25,741 nt of DNA from Bacteroides helcogenes (GCA_963596555.1 CAVBMP010000082.1:1-25741), one strand, 5' to 3'. Positions 1 through 8,885 are shown, counted from the stretch's first letter. Notes: a model not told the origin generated them from the letters alone. A program made the numbers and translations.

Positions 1-2
1 AT

Positions 3-371
3 ATAACTATTAGTGTATTCAACTATAAATTCATTATTATTTTTATCAGTTCCAGAATAGAAATATTTATATGCGTTAATATTATTGTGATTTGAAATAC
101 AACTATCAAACCAGAAAGCACATTTATTAATTAATTTTTTACTATTAAATTTTAAGGTGCAATCTATATTATATTTTTCATTTATATATTTAGTTAAATA
201 ATCTTTTACTTGTTTATCAGTTTTAAAATTCATCGAAAAATAGCCAAAAAATCCTGTGATAAATAAAATAATAATAGATACTATTGAACATATTATAACA
301 ATTTTTAGCGTTTTGACCGTTTTTTTCTTTTTAATACATATATTTTGTTTTAAACCAATTTTATCTTCCAT
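3..371 (-). CDS. Hypothetical membrane-anchored protein, truncated by the window edge (not in ORF track)
   Basis: Manual translation from ATG at 371 (SD GAGGT upstream): MEDKIGLKQNICIKKKKTVKTLKIVIICSIVSIIILFITGFFGYFSMNFK... Lys-rich N-region then one hydrophobic helix; frame stays open to position 1. Extended -10 TGG-TATAAT at 398-406. Confidence 0.8.
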   Translation of the reverse strand, partial: MEDKIGLKQNICIKKKKTVKTLKIVIICSIVSIIILFITGFFGYFSMNFKTDKQVKDYLTKYINEKYNIDCTLKFNSKKLINKCAFWFDSCISNHNNINAYKYFYSGTDKNNNEFIVEYTNSY

Positions 372-405
372 ACTTTACCTCATAATACATTGTAATAATT
401 ATACC

Positions 406-435
406 AAAAAAGAGCATTAATTAAAATGCCTTTTT
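406..435 (-). terminator. Intrinsic terminator after the ileS-GLUG unit
   Basis: Minus strand AAAAAG-GCATT-ttaatt-AATGC-T-CTTTTTT immediately after the stop at 436; abuts the next gene's -10. Confidence 0.6.
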
Positions 436-1026
436 CTATTTTAATGATAATATTATGCCTGTCTTATTCTCTTCTGTTTCTTCATGATGATTATCTTTAC
501 CTAGTTTAACAAAAGTATTATTATGTTCTTTAAATGATTCACAACCTCCGAGTGCTAAACCACTACCTCCCATAGCGTCAACTTTAGTAGCGATTAACGA
601 ATCTACTAATTTTGCTTTTTTAGCAAGTCCACAAACACCACCTACGAATGCATTTCCAGATGTTTGACTAATTATTTTTGAATGGATTAGTGTAAGTTTA
701 TTATCAACTCTACCAACTATACTACCAGTGTTACTTTTACCATTAACATGAATATTAAAGAAATTAACATCTTTAATATTTAAATTATTTAATTTTCTAA
801 ATATACCAACATTATCTTCTTCACTTACAATATTTACATTACTGATATTCATACCAAATCCTCTTAATATAAGGTCAACTTTTCCATCAAAATCTATTGG
901 TTCAAAATTTTGTCCTTTAAAATCTAAATCATCTAGTAATATCACAGTAACTCTAGTATCCCCATTAATCTTTCTTAATTCATTAAATTCATCAATATTT
1001 TTTACAAATAATACTTTTGTTTTCAT
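436..1026 (-). CDS. GLUG-motif / ZmpA-ZmpB-like beta-helix protein without signal peptide
   Basis: LLDDLDF..FEPI, ISNVNI....NVGIF...NIKDVNF.NIHVNGKSNTGSIVG and GNAFVGGVCG repeats typical of GLUG regions. SD AGGAG; 8-nt gap after the ileS stop. Confidence 0.65.
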   Translation of the reverse strand: MKTKVLFVKNIDEFNELRKINGDTRVTVILLDDLDFKGQNFEPIDFDGKVDLILRGFGMNISNVNIVSEEDNVGIFRKLNNLNIKDVNFFNIHVNGKSNTGSIVGRVDNKLTLIHSKIISQTSGNAFVGGVCGLAKKAKLVDSLIATKVDAMGGSGLALGGCESFKEHNNTFVKLGKDNHHEETEENKTGIILSLK

Positions 1027-1034
1027 AACAACTC

Positions 1035-4000
1035 CTAACTATTTTTCTTCATTTTAACTGTTAAATTAATATCTTCAAATTTACTTTCAAAGTCACACTT
1101 ATCAAGTTTTTCAACTTTAGCAAGTAATTCAGATTTAATTAATTCTTCATTTTTATTAAGAATATCCATTATACCTTTATCATCACTTTCAAAGTAAATA
1201 GTGATTCTATCATCAACATTAAATTCTGCTTCTTTTCTATATACTTGACATTGTCTTATGATATCTCTTAGTATACCTTCATTTTTTAACTCTTCAGTTA
1301 CATTAACATCAAGTGCGACTGTTATATTATTTTCACATATTACTTTAATATCATCTTTTTCTTTAAATTCTATATTGAATAAATCACTTTCAAGATCATA
1401 TTCTCCTAAAGTAATATTTTTACCTTCTTTAACATTATTAATTAGTTCTTTATCTTCTTTAACACTATTTAATAGTTCTTTAACATCATTTACTTTATCT
1501 TTAAGTACTCTACCAGCATTTTTAAAGTTAAGTGTTAAATATTCATCTTTAAGACTATCAAAGTCATTAACAACTTCTATTTCTTTAACATTAACTTCAT
1601 TTTTAAGGATATTAATGTATTCTTCATCTTTAAGTTCACTTGAAACATATAGTTTATTTAATGGTTGTCTTACTTTAATATTCTTTTCATTTCTAGCTCT
1701 TAATCCCATAGATATTAATTCTCTTAGTTTATCTGTTTCTTCTAAGATATTTTCATCTATTTTATAATCACTAACTACTGGATATTTACTTAGATGTACT
1801 GATGTTGAAACTGATGAGTCATATTTAGTTATAACTGTTTGCCAAATATATTCAGTCATAAATGGAATCATTGGTGCCATTATTTGAGTACATTTCTTTA
1901 TTGAGTCAAATAATACAAAGTATGCAGTTTTCTTATCACTATCATCTTCACTCTTCCAGAATCTTCTTCTATTAATTCTGATATAGAAGTTACTTACTTG
2001 ATCTACATATTTTTCAAAGTCATCTACTACTAACTTAGTTTCATATTTTTCCATTGATTCAGTTGCTTCACGAACAAATTTATCAGTTGAACAAATTAAC
2101 CATTTATCAGATAAAGTTAAGTCTTTTTTATTAGGTTTAAAGTTAGTTAAATCTACTTTATCTATAGATGCATATGTATTAAAGAATACTACCATATTAT
2201 AGTATGCAAGTAATTTCTTTTGAGCATCTTCTCCTAATTTAAAGCCAAATCTTACATCATTAGCGGTATTAGTGCCAAGATAGTTATATCTTAATGCATC
2301 ACTACCTATTGTATTCATAACGTCATATAATGAAAGTGAATTTGTATCAGATTTACTAAATTTAGTTCCATCTTCTTTAACAACCATACCACTAGTTTTG
2401 ATAAATTCATATGGTGCTTTATTTTCAAGTACTGTAGACATAAATAGCATTGAGTAGAACCATAATCTTATTTGTTCATGCATTTCGATTACATATTCAG
2501 CTGGGAAATATTCTTTCCAATACTCTCTATCAGTAAAGTATTTTAATGTAGAGAATGGAACAATTCCTGCATCTAACCATACATCTCCTACTTGTGGTAC
2601 TCTTGATACTTCATGACCACACTTTGGACATTTAATTTTAACATCATCTATCCATGGTCTATGTAATTCAGGTAATGAATCTACTAAGTCTTTATCTACT
2701 GCTTTTTCTCTTAATTCTTCTTTAGAACCAATTACTTCTAAATGTCCACAATCACAGTGATAGAATGGAAGTGGTAATCCATAGAATCTTCTTCTACTGA
2801 TATTCCAGTTACCCATATTTTGTAACCAATCAAGCATTCTCTTTCCTTGATGTTCTGGACTATATTTAACACTTTTAGCATTACGAATTAAGTCATCTCT
2901 TACTACATCAACATCAATAGCCCATTCTTTAGCAAGTCTAAATAATATATCTTCTTTACATCTCCAACAATAAGGATAACTATGTTTATATTTATGTACT
3001 AAGAATAATTTGTTTCTTTTCTTTAATTCCTCAAATACTTCACTAGATATTTCTTTTGCATTTTTTCCACTAAAGAATCCAAATCCATCATAGAATATAC
3101 CATTTTCATCAATAGGCATTACTTTAGCAAGGCCAATACTTTCTCCAAGTTCAAAATCTTCAGCTCCACAACCAGGTGCGATATGAACTATACCAGAGCC
3201 TTCAACATCATCAACTAAATCCCAACATACTACTGGATGTTTTACTCCTTTTTGTGCTTCTAATTCAGGGAAACAAGTTTCAAATTCAAGTCCTTCTAGA
3301 TCTCTACCCTTATATTCTTCTAGGATTTCTCCTTCACCTTTGAATTTCTTTTCAAATATTGTCTTACATAATAATAGTTTATCAGCATCCTTAGGCATTT
3401 TAACTACAACATAATCAAAATCAGGATGAACAGCAAGTGCTACATTCGCAGATAATGTCCATGGAGTTGTTGTCCATACAAGTGCTTTATAATCTTTACC
3501 TATGATAGGTAATTTAAAGAACACTACTTCATGCTCTACTTCATGATAACTACCAGTCATTTCATGTTCTGATAATGAAGTACCACATCTTGAACACCAT
3601 GGCATAGGTTTAAATGTTTCTTTAATCATACCTTTTTCATTACATTTCTTTAAGAAGTGCCAAATACTAGTTATATTCTCATCAGTTAATGTGTAATATG
3701 AATTATCCCAATCCATCCATTGTCCTAATCTAATTGATTGATCAGTTATAATCTTAGAGAACTTTTTAACTCTATCTACACATGCTTTAGTAAATTTATC
3801 AAGTCCATAGTTTTCAATATCTTTTTTAGTTTTAAATCCTAGTTCTTTTTCTACTTCTACTTCTACCCATAGACCTTGTCCATCAAAACCATTTCTATAG
3901 TGACTAGTGTAACCATTCATACCTTTATATCTAATAAAAGTATCTTTTAATGTTCTTCCCCAAGCATGACCTACATGCAATCTATTATTAGCTGTAACAG

Positions 4001-4133
4001 GTCCATCAATAAATCTAAATTTCTTTCCATTTTTATTTTGTTCTAGAAGTTTTTTAAATGTTTGGTCTTCTTCCCAATATTTTAAAACATCTTCTTCATT
4101 TTTAACAAAATCATAATTGTTTTTAAATTCCAT
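1035..4133 (-). CDS. ileS: Isoleucine--tRNA ligase, long type 2 (IleRS2)
   Basis: DGPVTAN..LHVGH (HIGH), GFDGQGL, WTTTPWTL and GIVHIAPGCG.ED (CP1 editing domain), WNISRRRFYG, DVWLDAG, KFSKS (KMSKS). 1032 aa with the IleRS2-type C-terminus. Upstream T-box has an AUC specifier. Confidence 0.97.
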   Translation of the reverse strand: MEFKNNYDFVKNEEDVLKYWEEDQTFKKLLEQNKNGKKFRFIDGPVTANNRLHVGHAWGRTLKDTFIRYKGMNGYTSHYRNGFDGQGLWVEVEVEKELGFKTKKDIENYGLDKFTKACVDRVKKFSKIITDQSIRLGQWMDWDNSYYTLTDENITSIWHFLKKCNEKGMIKETFKPMPWCSRCGTSLSEHEMTGSYHEVEHEVVFFKLPIIGKDYKALVWTTTPWTLSANVALAVHPDFDYVVVKMPKDADKLLLCKTIFEKKFKGEGEILEEYKGRDLEGLEFETCFPELEAQKGVKHPVVCWDLVDDVEGSGIVHIAPGCGAEDFELGESIGLAKVMPIDENGIFYDGFGFFSGKNAKEISSEVFEELKKRNKLFLVHKYKHSYPYCWRCKEDILFRLAKEWAIDVDVVRDDLIRNAKSVKYSPEHQGKRMLDWLQNMGNWNISRRRFYGLPLPFYHCDCGHLEVIGSKEELREKAVDKDLVDSLPELHRPWIDDVKIKCPKCGHEVSRVPQVGDVWLDAGIVPFSTLKYFTDREYWKEYFPAEYVIEMHEQIRLWFYSMLFMSTVLENKAPYEFIKTSGMVVKEDGTKFSKSDTNSLSLYDVMNTIGSDALRYNYLGTNTANDVRFGFKLGEDAQKKLLAYYNMVVFFNTYASIDKVDLTNFKPNKKDLTLSDKWLICSTDKFVREATESMEKYETKLVVDDFEKYVDQVSNFYIRINRRRFWKSEDDSDKKTAYFVLFDSIKKCTQIMAPMIPFMTEYIWQTVITKYDSSVSTSVHLSKYPVVSDYKIDENILEETDKLRELISMGLRARNEKNIKVRQPLNKLYVSSELKDEEYINILKNEVNVKEIEVVNDFDSLKDEYLTLNFKNAGRVLKDKVNDVKELLNSVKEDKELINNVKEGKNITLGEYDLESDLFNIEFKEKDDIKVICENNITVALDVNVTEELKNEGILRDIIRQCQVYRKEAEFNVDDRITIYFESDDKGIMDILNKNEELIKSELLAKVEKLDKCDFESKFEDINLTVKMKKNS

Positions 4134-4147
4134 ATCTTTCTCCCTCC

Positions 4148-4342
4148 AAAATAAAAAGGATAGTACAAGGAGTCATAAAGACGGTACCATCCTTTAATTT
4201 ACTTTATTTAAATAACGCCATTATAGCGAGCTTATCTTATCCATAAGCCTCATCAGAAGTGATCTACAAATAATTTTATTTATTAGTTTCCACCAACCAC
4301 TAACTCTCTATAAACTCTATTACTTATCGTCTTCCTCATTTG
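4148..4342 (-). ncRNA. T-box riboswitch (Ile, AUC specifier)
   Basis: Minus strand shows stem I elements AGAGAG and GGTGGAA, specifier loop GTAG-ATC-ACTTC (ATC at 4261-4263), and antiterminator GGA-TGGTACC-GTC-tttat-GAC-TCC. The UGGU bulge fits tRNA-Ile ACCA. A U-tract precedes SD GGAGG. Confidence 0.92.
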
Positions 4343-4355
4343 ATTTAATAAAATG

Positions 4356-4384
4356 ATTATAACACCACAAAAATTGTTTGTAAA
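4356..4384 (-). promoter_or_regulatory. SigA-type promoter for the T-box/ileS transcript
   Basis: TTTACA-N17-TATAAT with extended TG, directly upstream of the T-box leader. Confidence 0.75.
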
Positions 4385-4426
4385 CCCCATTTTTAAAAAA
4401 ATCAATTTTATGAATTCTAAAAACTA

Positions 4427-4454
4427 TTGATTTAAAAATATAAAATGCTATAAT
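4427..4454 (+). promoter_or_regulatory. SigA-type promoter for the L,D-transpeptidase gene
   Basis: TTGATT-N16-TATAAT with extended TG; SD AAGGAG before ATG 4474. Confidence 0.65.
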
Positions 4455-4473
4455 ACATCTCAAAGGAGAAACA

Positions 4474-5199
4474 ATGAAAAAGAAAAATATTATATCACTA
4501 GGTTTAGCATTAACATTAGTATTAACTAGTGGTTGTCAAATTAATAATAGTAAAAAAGATGAAGAAGAGGTAAAAGAAACAGAAGAAGTTATAGAAGAAG
4601 TGATTTCTACGCCCACACCTACTCCAAGTCCAACACCTGATATATTTTATCAAAATAATGATTTTGCTACTGTCCTTAATGATACTTATTTATATGATGA
4701 ATATGGAAATATTATTGAAATAATTGAAAGATGTCAAAAGGTACTTAGAATAAGTAGTAATTCTACACTATCATTTGTACAAACAGAATCTCTTCAAAAT
4801 GGTTATATAAATAGAAGTGATTTAGAAATATTACCTGATTTATTTGTAGAAGTTGATATAAGTGACCAAACAGTTAAAATGTATAAAGATAATGAAGTAA
4901 TATTAACTACTCTTACAGTAACTGGTAAATCAAGTAGTCCTACAAGGATTGGATACTTTCCTATTACTTATAAAACATATGATACTTATTTAACTGGTCA
5001 AGATTATAAATCACATGTATATTACTGGATGCCTTTTGATGGTGGAATTGGTCTTCATGATGCTGAATGGAGAAGTACATTTGGAGGAGATATTTATATT
5101 AATAATGGTTCTCATGGATGCGTTAATTTACCATATGATGCTGCTAAAGAAATATATGAGAATGTTGATGCTGGTACGATGGTATTGGTGCATAATTAA
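4474..5199 (+). CDS. L,D-transpeptidase (YkuD family) lipoprotein with SH3-like domain
   Basis: Lipobox LTSG-C; Glu-rich and PTPTPSPTP linker; SH3b-like segment ending GYINRSDL; VEVDISDQ, VTGK..PT..G and catalytic H-DAEWR...GSHGCVN motif. Confidence 0.92.
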   Translation: MKKKNIISLGLALTLVLTSGCQINNSKKDEEEVKETEEVIEEVISTPTPTPSPTPDIFYQNNDFATVLNDTYLYDEYGNIIEIIERCQKVLRISSNSTLSFVQTESLQNGYINRSDLEILPDLFVEVDISDQTVKMYKDNEVILTTLTVTGKSSSPTRIGYFPITYKTYDTYLTGQDYKSHVYYWMPFDGGIGLHDAEWRSTFGGDIYINNGSHGCVNLPYDAAKEIYENVDAGTMVLVHN

Positions 5200-5223
5200 A
5201 AGCTTTCAATCCGAAAGCTTTTT
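5198..5223. terminator. Bidirectional intrinsic terminator between convergent genes
   Basis: AAAAGCTTTC-aatcc-GAAAGCTTTT perfect 10-bp stem between the stops at 5199 (+) and 5222 (-). Confidence 0.85.
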
Positions 5224-7855
5224 AGTTTACTTTTAATTTAAACGGATTACTAGAAGTACCATCTCCTGATGTAAACTCTTGAGAAGCATACAAGTATAAT
5301 ACAGGTCTCACATTTTTTGCTTCTGCTGCATCATCAGTTTTAACATGTCCTGCTAAAGTACCTATCTTATTAGCATACCATGCTTTAGATTGCTTATACG
5401 ATGGGGTTAAAAGTCTTTCTACTTCGCTATATGCAAGCCAATCTGAATTTAAACATGCAGATGCCCAGTTATATAATGGTAATGTACAACTACCAGGCGT
5501 TGCACCGTAAGCATGATCAGATGGATATAAAAGACCAATTTTGCCTTCCCAATATCCATTTCTTGACATCGATGGACTATCGTCTGATCCATCATACATA
5601 GAACCATTAGTGCCTCCTCTTTCTTGAACATACAACTTATCAGCATAAAGTTCACCAGAAGCAGGACAATATAAATAATATTTTTCAGTACTTATAAGAT
5701 TTCTAGTTTCATCATTTTTAAGTCCAGTAGATGTAAAATCACAACTAGATGTAGTTAAGTTAGAACCGGTATAACAATTACCAGAACCTGCATTCCAATA
5801 AAGACTATTATTAGCAGACAAACTTTCATATCCAGGGTTCATTAAATTCATTATAGCAGCTCCGGTATAATTATTACTTGTATCTGGATCCCACTTGTTA
5901 ATAGTAGTACCACTATTGCTTGTCCAAGATAATGTTCCGATTGGAATTTGTCTAACTAATTTAACTTTACCATCAAATACACCTATTATTCTCCATGTTT
6001 CACAAGTACTTGATGATTGATTTGAGTAATCACTACAATTAAAGTATACATAATTATCAGGATCAGCACCTGAATATCTTATATTACCAGTAGTAGAAAC
6101 AGTGCCACCAAGTCTATCATCTCTTAAATGAGTTGATGCAGAGTATATATATCCATATGTATTAGACATGGAAGTTTCTTCTTTATCATCAGCATTTTCA
6201 TATAAACCTTCTATATAAGATGCTAGTACAGTTGATTTTTGTAATAATGTTACGTTAATAGAGTGTTCTTCTTTACCCATAGTATAACTTCCAGATTTAC
6301 TATAATACCCATCTTTTGTAACTTCATATGTAACAGAATCTTTATATTCAGCAGATACAGTTGTTTGACCAGTACTTGTAGTTACTACTGTACCATTAAC
6401 TTTTATTACAACATTTGCATCACTTGGGGTTGGATTAACTGTAAATTGATAAGTTGGAATTACTTCAAGTTTAGGAATATATGGATTTTCTGCAGTTCCA
6501 TTTCCCTTTTCCCAATAAATATAACTAGCAAGATTAATAACCGGTCTATATCCATAGCTTACATTTGTATCTGTATTTGTAAGTTTACCATCAGTATCAG
6601 CATATATAACACTAGGGGTATAAGTTTTTGACCATAAGAATGATGTGTAATTAAAACTATAAGGAGTCATTGTATGGTAAGCAGTTCCTGTATACATATA
6701 ATAATTAGTATTGTTAGAACTACTACCACCTGCCATCATAACTTCATCCATAGTAATAGTAGCAATTGGATAAGAAAGTTGTTTAGTACCAGAACTAGAT
6801 GTACTTGGAGTTATATAATATGTACTTGAGCAAGATAAACTTGGTGAACTTGAACTTAATCTTCCAGAACCACTAAAAGTAGCATCAGATGTAGAAGTTG
6901 AGTCCCCATATGAACCACTTGATGTACTATAATCATTACAATATCCAGCATCAGTATCCATATAATCATTTACTGAACTTAAATTAGAACTATACCATGA
7001 ATCAATTGTTGTCCTAATAAGAGGACCTGAATTATAAAAATATCTTACATTAGAATGATATCTTGTACTAGAAGAACTATTATAAGCGCCACTTGATATA
7101 GTACCATTCGCATCAGCAGTAGTTCCTTGGTAAATAAGTCTTACTGAATTATTACCATTTATTCTAACTATTCTCCAATAAAAACCTGCGAATAAAACAT
7201 AATTATTAGTTACATTGCCTCTAAAATAATAACTATCTCCTAGATTATCTGTTGCTTTATATAATGCACCAGTTGAAGTATCAGTACTTGAATAATCAGG
7301 TGTTGCACTATTAATAACATTATCTGCAAGTACCTTTTCATATAATAAATATTTAGCATTTTCTTTGAATATATATTTTAATATTAATGATTTATTTTTT
7401 TTATCACTAGATGAACCAGTAAATGTAATATCAAATGTTAAATCTTGATCTGGCTCAATAGACTCACCAACTACTTCAGGTGAAAATGTGTATGTTATAT
7501 CAGTATTAGAATCCTCAACTGTTTGTATTTCTTCTAATAAATAAACAGTATCTGAATAATTATGTATAGTTACAGTATAAGTTACAGTTGAATTTTCATT
7601 AGGCAAAATAACACCAGTAGTTGTAGTCTCTTTAGAATATCTACTACTAAATTCTTCACTTCCACCTTCACTAGCACTTTTATAAACCAAATTGCTAACT
7701 CTAATATCACTTTTAGCTCTGGCAGTAGCAGTACCAGATATACTCAAAGTCGTGTTTAAAGCAGCATGTCCTATTGATATTAAAGACACACATACTAATG
7801 CTACTGCTATCCAAGCATTCCTCTTATTTAAATATTTTGATATTATCTTACTCAT
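5222..7855 (-). CDS. Large exported/surface protein: N-terminal signal, Ig-like region, two homologous DUF6273-like domains separated by a PEGA-like domain
   Basis: N-terminal hydrophobic helix followed by IGHAALNTTLSISGTA. Duplicated motifs NYV.F...WRI....G.V(R/K)L, (I/L)..(D/S)(E/D), (Y/V)RPV(I/L).L and G.GT..NP(Y/F). Central VNPTPSDANV...VTKDGY. Ser/Thr-rich. Confidence 0.75.
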   Translation of the reverse strand: MSKIISKYLNKRNAWIAVALVCVSLISIGHAALNTTLSISGTATARAKSDIRVSNLVYKSASEGGSEEFSSRYSKETTTTGVILPNENSTVTYTVTIHNYSDTVYLLEEIQTVEDSNTDITYTFSPEVVGESIEPDQDLTFDITFTGSSSDKKNKSLILKYIFKENAKYLLYEKVLADNVINSATPDYSSTDTSTGALYKATDNLGDSYYFRGNVTNNYVLFAGFYWRIVRINGNNSVRLIYQGTTADANGTISSGAYNSSSSTRYHSNVRYFYNSGPLIRTTIDSWYSSNLSSVNDYMDTDAGYCNDYSTSSGSYGDSTSTSDATFSGSGRLSSSSPSLSCSSTYYITPSTSSSGTKQLSYPIATITMDEVMMAGGSSSNNTNYYMYTGTAYHTMTPYSFNYTSFLWSKTYTPSVIYADTDGKLTNTDTNVSYGYRPVINLASYIYWEKGNGTAENPYIPKLEVIPTYQFTVNPTPSDANVVIKVNGTVVTTSTGQTTVSAEYKDSVTYEVTKDGYYSKSGSYTMGKEEHSINVTLLQKSTVLASYIEGLYENADDKEETSMSNTYGYIYSASTHLRDDRLGGTVSTTGNIRYSGADPDNYVYFNCSDYSNQSSSTCETWRIIGVFDGKVKLVRQIPIGTLSWTSNSGTTINKWDPDTSNNYTGAAIMNLMNPGYESLSANNSLYWNAGSGNCYTGSNLTTSSCDFTSTGLKNDETRNLISTEKYYLYCPASGELYADKLYVQERGGTNGSMYDGSDDSPSMSRNGYWEGKIGLLYPSDHAYGATPGSCTLPLYNWASACLNSDWLAYSEVERLLTPSYKQSKAWYANKIGTLAGHVKTDDAAEAKNVRPVLYLYASQEFTSGDGTSSNPFKLKVN

Positions 7856-7861
7856 ATGTAT

Positions 7862-7870
7862 ATTATATCA
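7862..7870 (-). promoter_or_regulatory. Extended -10 promoter, probably leaderless mRNA
   Basis: TGA-TATAAT-atacat-ATG; no SD between the -10 and the start codon. Confidence 0.55.
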
Positions 7871-7907
7871 AATTTAAAAACAAAGGTATATGTTTTTAAT
7901 GTGAAAA

Positions 7908-8021
7908 TCAATTACACTTTTCAATAATTAGTTTTTCTATTTCATCATATGTTTTATTTAGTGAAAAGGATAACTCACTATATAAATATTCTTTTGCCTT
8001 TTCAAAATAATATTTATCTTT
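7908..8021 (-). pseudogene. 3' remnant of a CarD/CdnL-family transcription factor gene
   Basis: Manual translation KDKYYFEKAKEYLYSELSFSLNKTYDEIEKLIIEKCN* resembles Bacillota CarD C-termini (D..YF..AE..LY.E.S.AL..S.DE). No start codon; preceded in frame by TAA TAA TAA. Confidence 0.5.
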
Positions 8022-8050
8022 TTATTATTATATATAAAAAGATAAGTATT
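8009..8050 (-). terminator. Long AT-rich hairpin downstream of the 212-aa gene
   Basis: AATACTTATCTTTTTAT...ATAAAAAGATAAATATT near-perfect inverted repeat about 25 nt after the stop, followed on the minus strand by ATTTTG. Confidence 0.5.
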
Positions 8051-8076
8051 TACCTTACCCAATATAATCCATCTTA

Positions 8077-8715
8077 TTAAAAACTTATTTTTTTATTTTC
8101 TTCTTCTGATGACTCGATTTCTGATAATTGCTTCATTGCTTTTATAAAATGTACAGTCATTAATGCACTAGTTTTCAAATATTTTAATTTTGAAATACTT
8201 AACATTCTACAAGTTTCTTCAGATACTGCTATTTGGGTTGACTTATCTTTACTATCGTAACCAGAAATTCCATAAATTGAAGATATTAAGAATATTTTTT
8301 GTTCTATTTCACTAAAATTGGATAAATATACTCTAGATATTTCACTATCAATAGTTTCAAAAGCAAATTCATTATTTTTCATTTTTTCTAATAAATATTT
8401 TTTAGTAGACATCATAAGTATTGGTCTAAAATTAGTAATAAGTTCTTCCATACTTACATTTTGTTTTAAACTTTTTTCTAAATGTTCATCAAATTTATCT
8501 AAAAGCATATTTAAAATACCATTTCGCAATTCTACACTTGCATTTATTCCAAACAAACCAATTATTAAAGCATCAATTCTATTTTTAAACTCATTGAATT
8601 GTGACATTAGTCTGTTCATTGATTCTGATGAAATTGATTCAAACTTTTCGATAATATTAGTGTACTCGCAACAAACAAAATCATCTAATTTTGTTTGTTT
8701 TCCTTCTTTTTTCAT
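8077..8715 (-). CDS. Hypothetical protein with a degenerate sigma-70 region 4-like C-terminus
   Basis: SD AAGGGAG and own consensus promoter. YLSNFSEIEQKIFLISSIYGISGYD...EETCRMLSIS resembles L..L..RE..II.LRYGL.G...EIA..L.IS. Confidence 0.6.
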   Translation of the reverse strand: MKKEGKQTKLDDFVCCEYTNIIEKFESISSESMNRLMSQFNEFKNRIDALIIGLFGINASVELRNGILNMLLDKFDEHLEKSLKQNVSMEELITNFRPILMMSTKKYLLEKMKNNEFAFETIDSEISRVYLSNFSEIEQKIFLISSIYGISGYDSKDKSTQIAVSEETCRMLSISKLKYLKTSALMTVHFIKAMKQLSEIESSEEENKKISF

Positions 8716-8744
8716 TATTTCTCCCTTTTAATAAATGCGGTTAG

Positions 8745-8773
8745 ATTATATCATATTTTTGATTAAAAGTCAA
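8745..8773 (-). promoter_or_regulatory. SigA-type promoter of the 212-aa gene
   Basis: TTGACT-N17-TATAAT with extended TG. Confidence 0.8.
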
Positions 8774-8857
8774 TCAAAGCTAGTTTCTCATAGTTCCTCG
8801 CATAAATTTTACGGCAAATTTTCTTTAAGTCTAAATTTTTTTACTCATTATTGTAAA

Positions 8858-8885
8858 TAAAAAAATAGTGCATATTTACACTATT
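8858..8885 (-). terminator. Intrinsic terminator of pilC-pilD
   Basis: Minus strand AATAGTGTA-aata-TGCACTATT followed by TTTTT. Confidence 0.7.

Noticed and set aside
5222..7855. Possible diversity-generating retroelement target
   Set aside because: The domain ends look CLec-like, but I found no reverse transcriptase and no near-identical template repeat differing at adenines. The two domain copies are diverged throughout. A remote DGR cannot be excluded.
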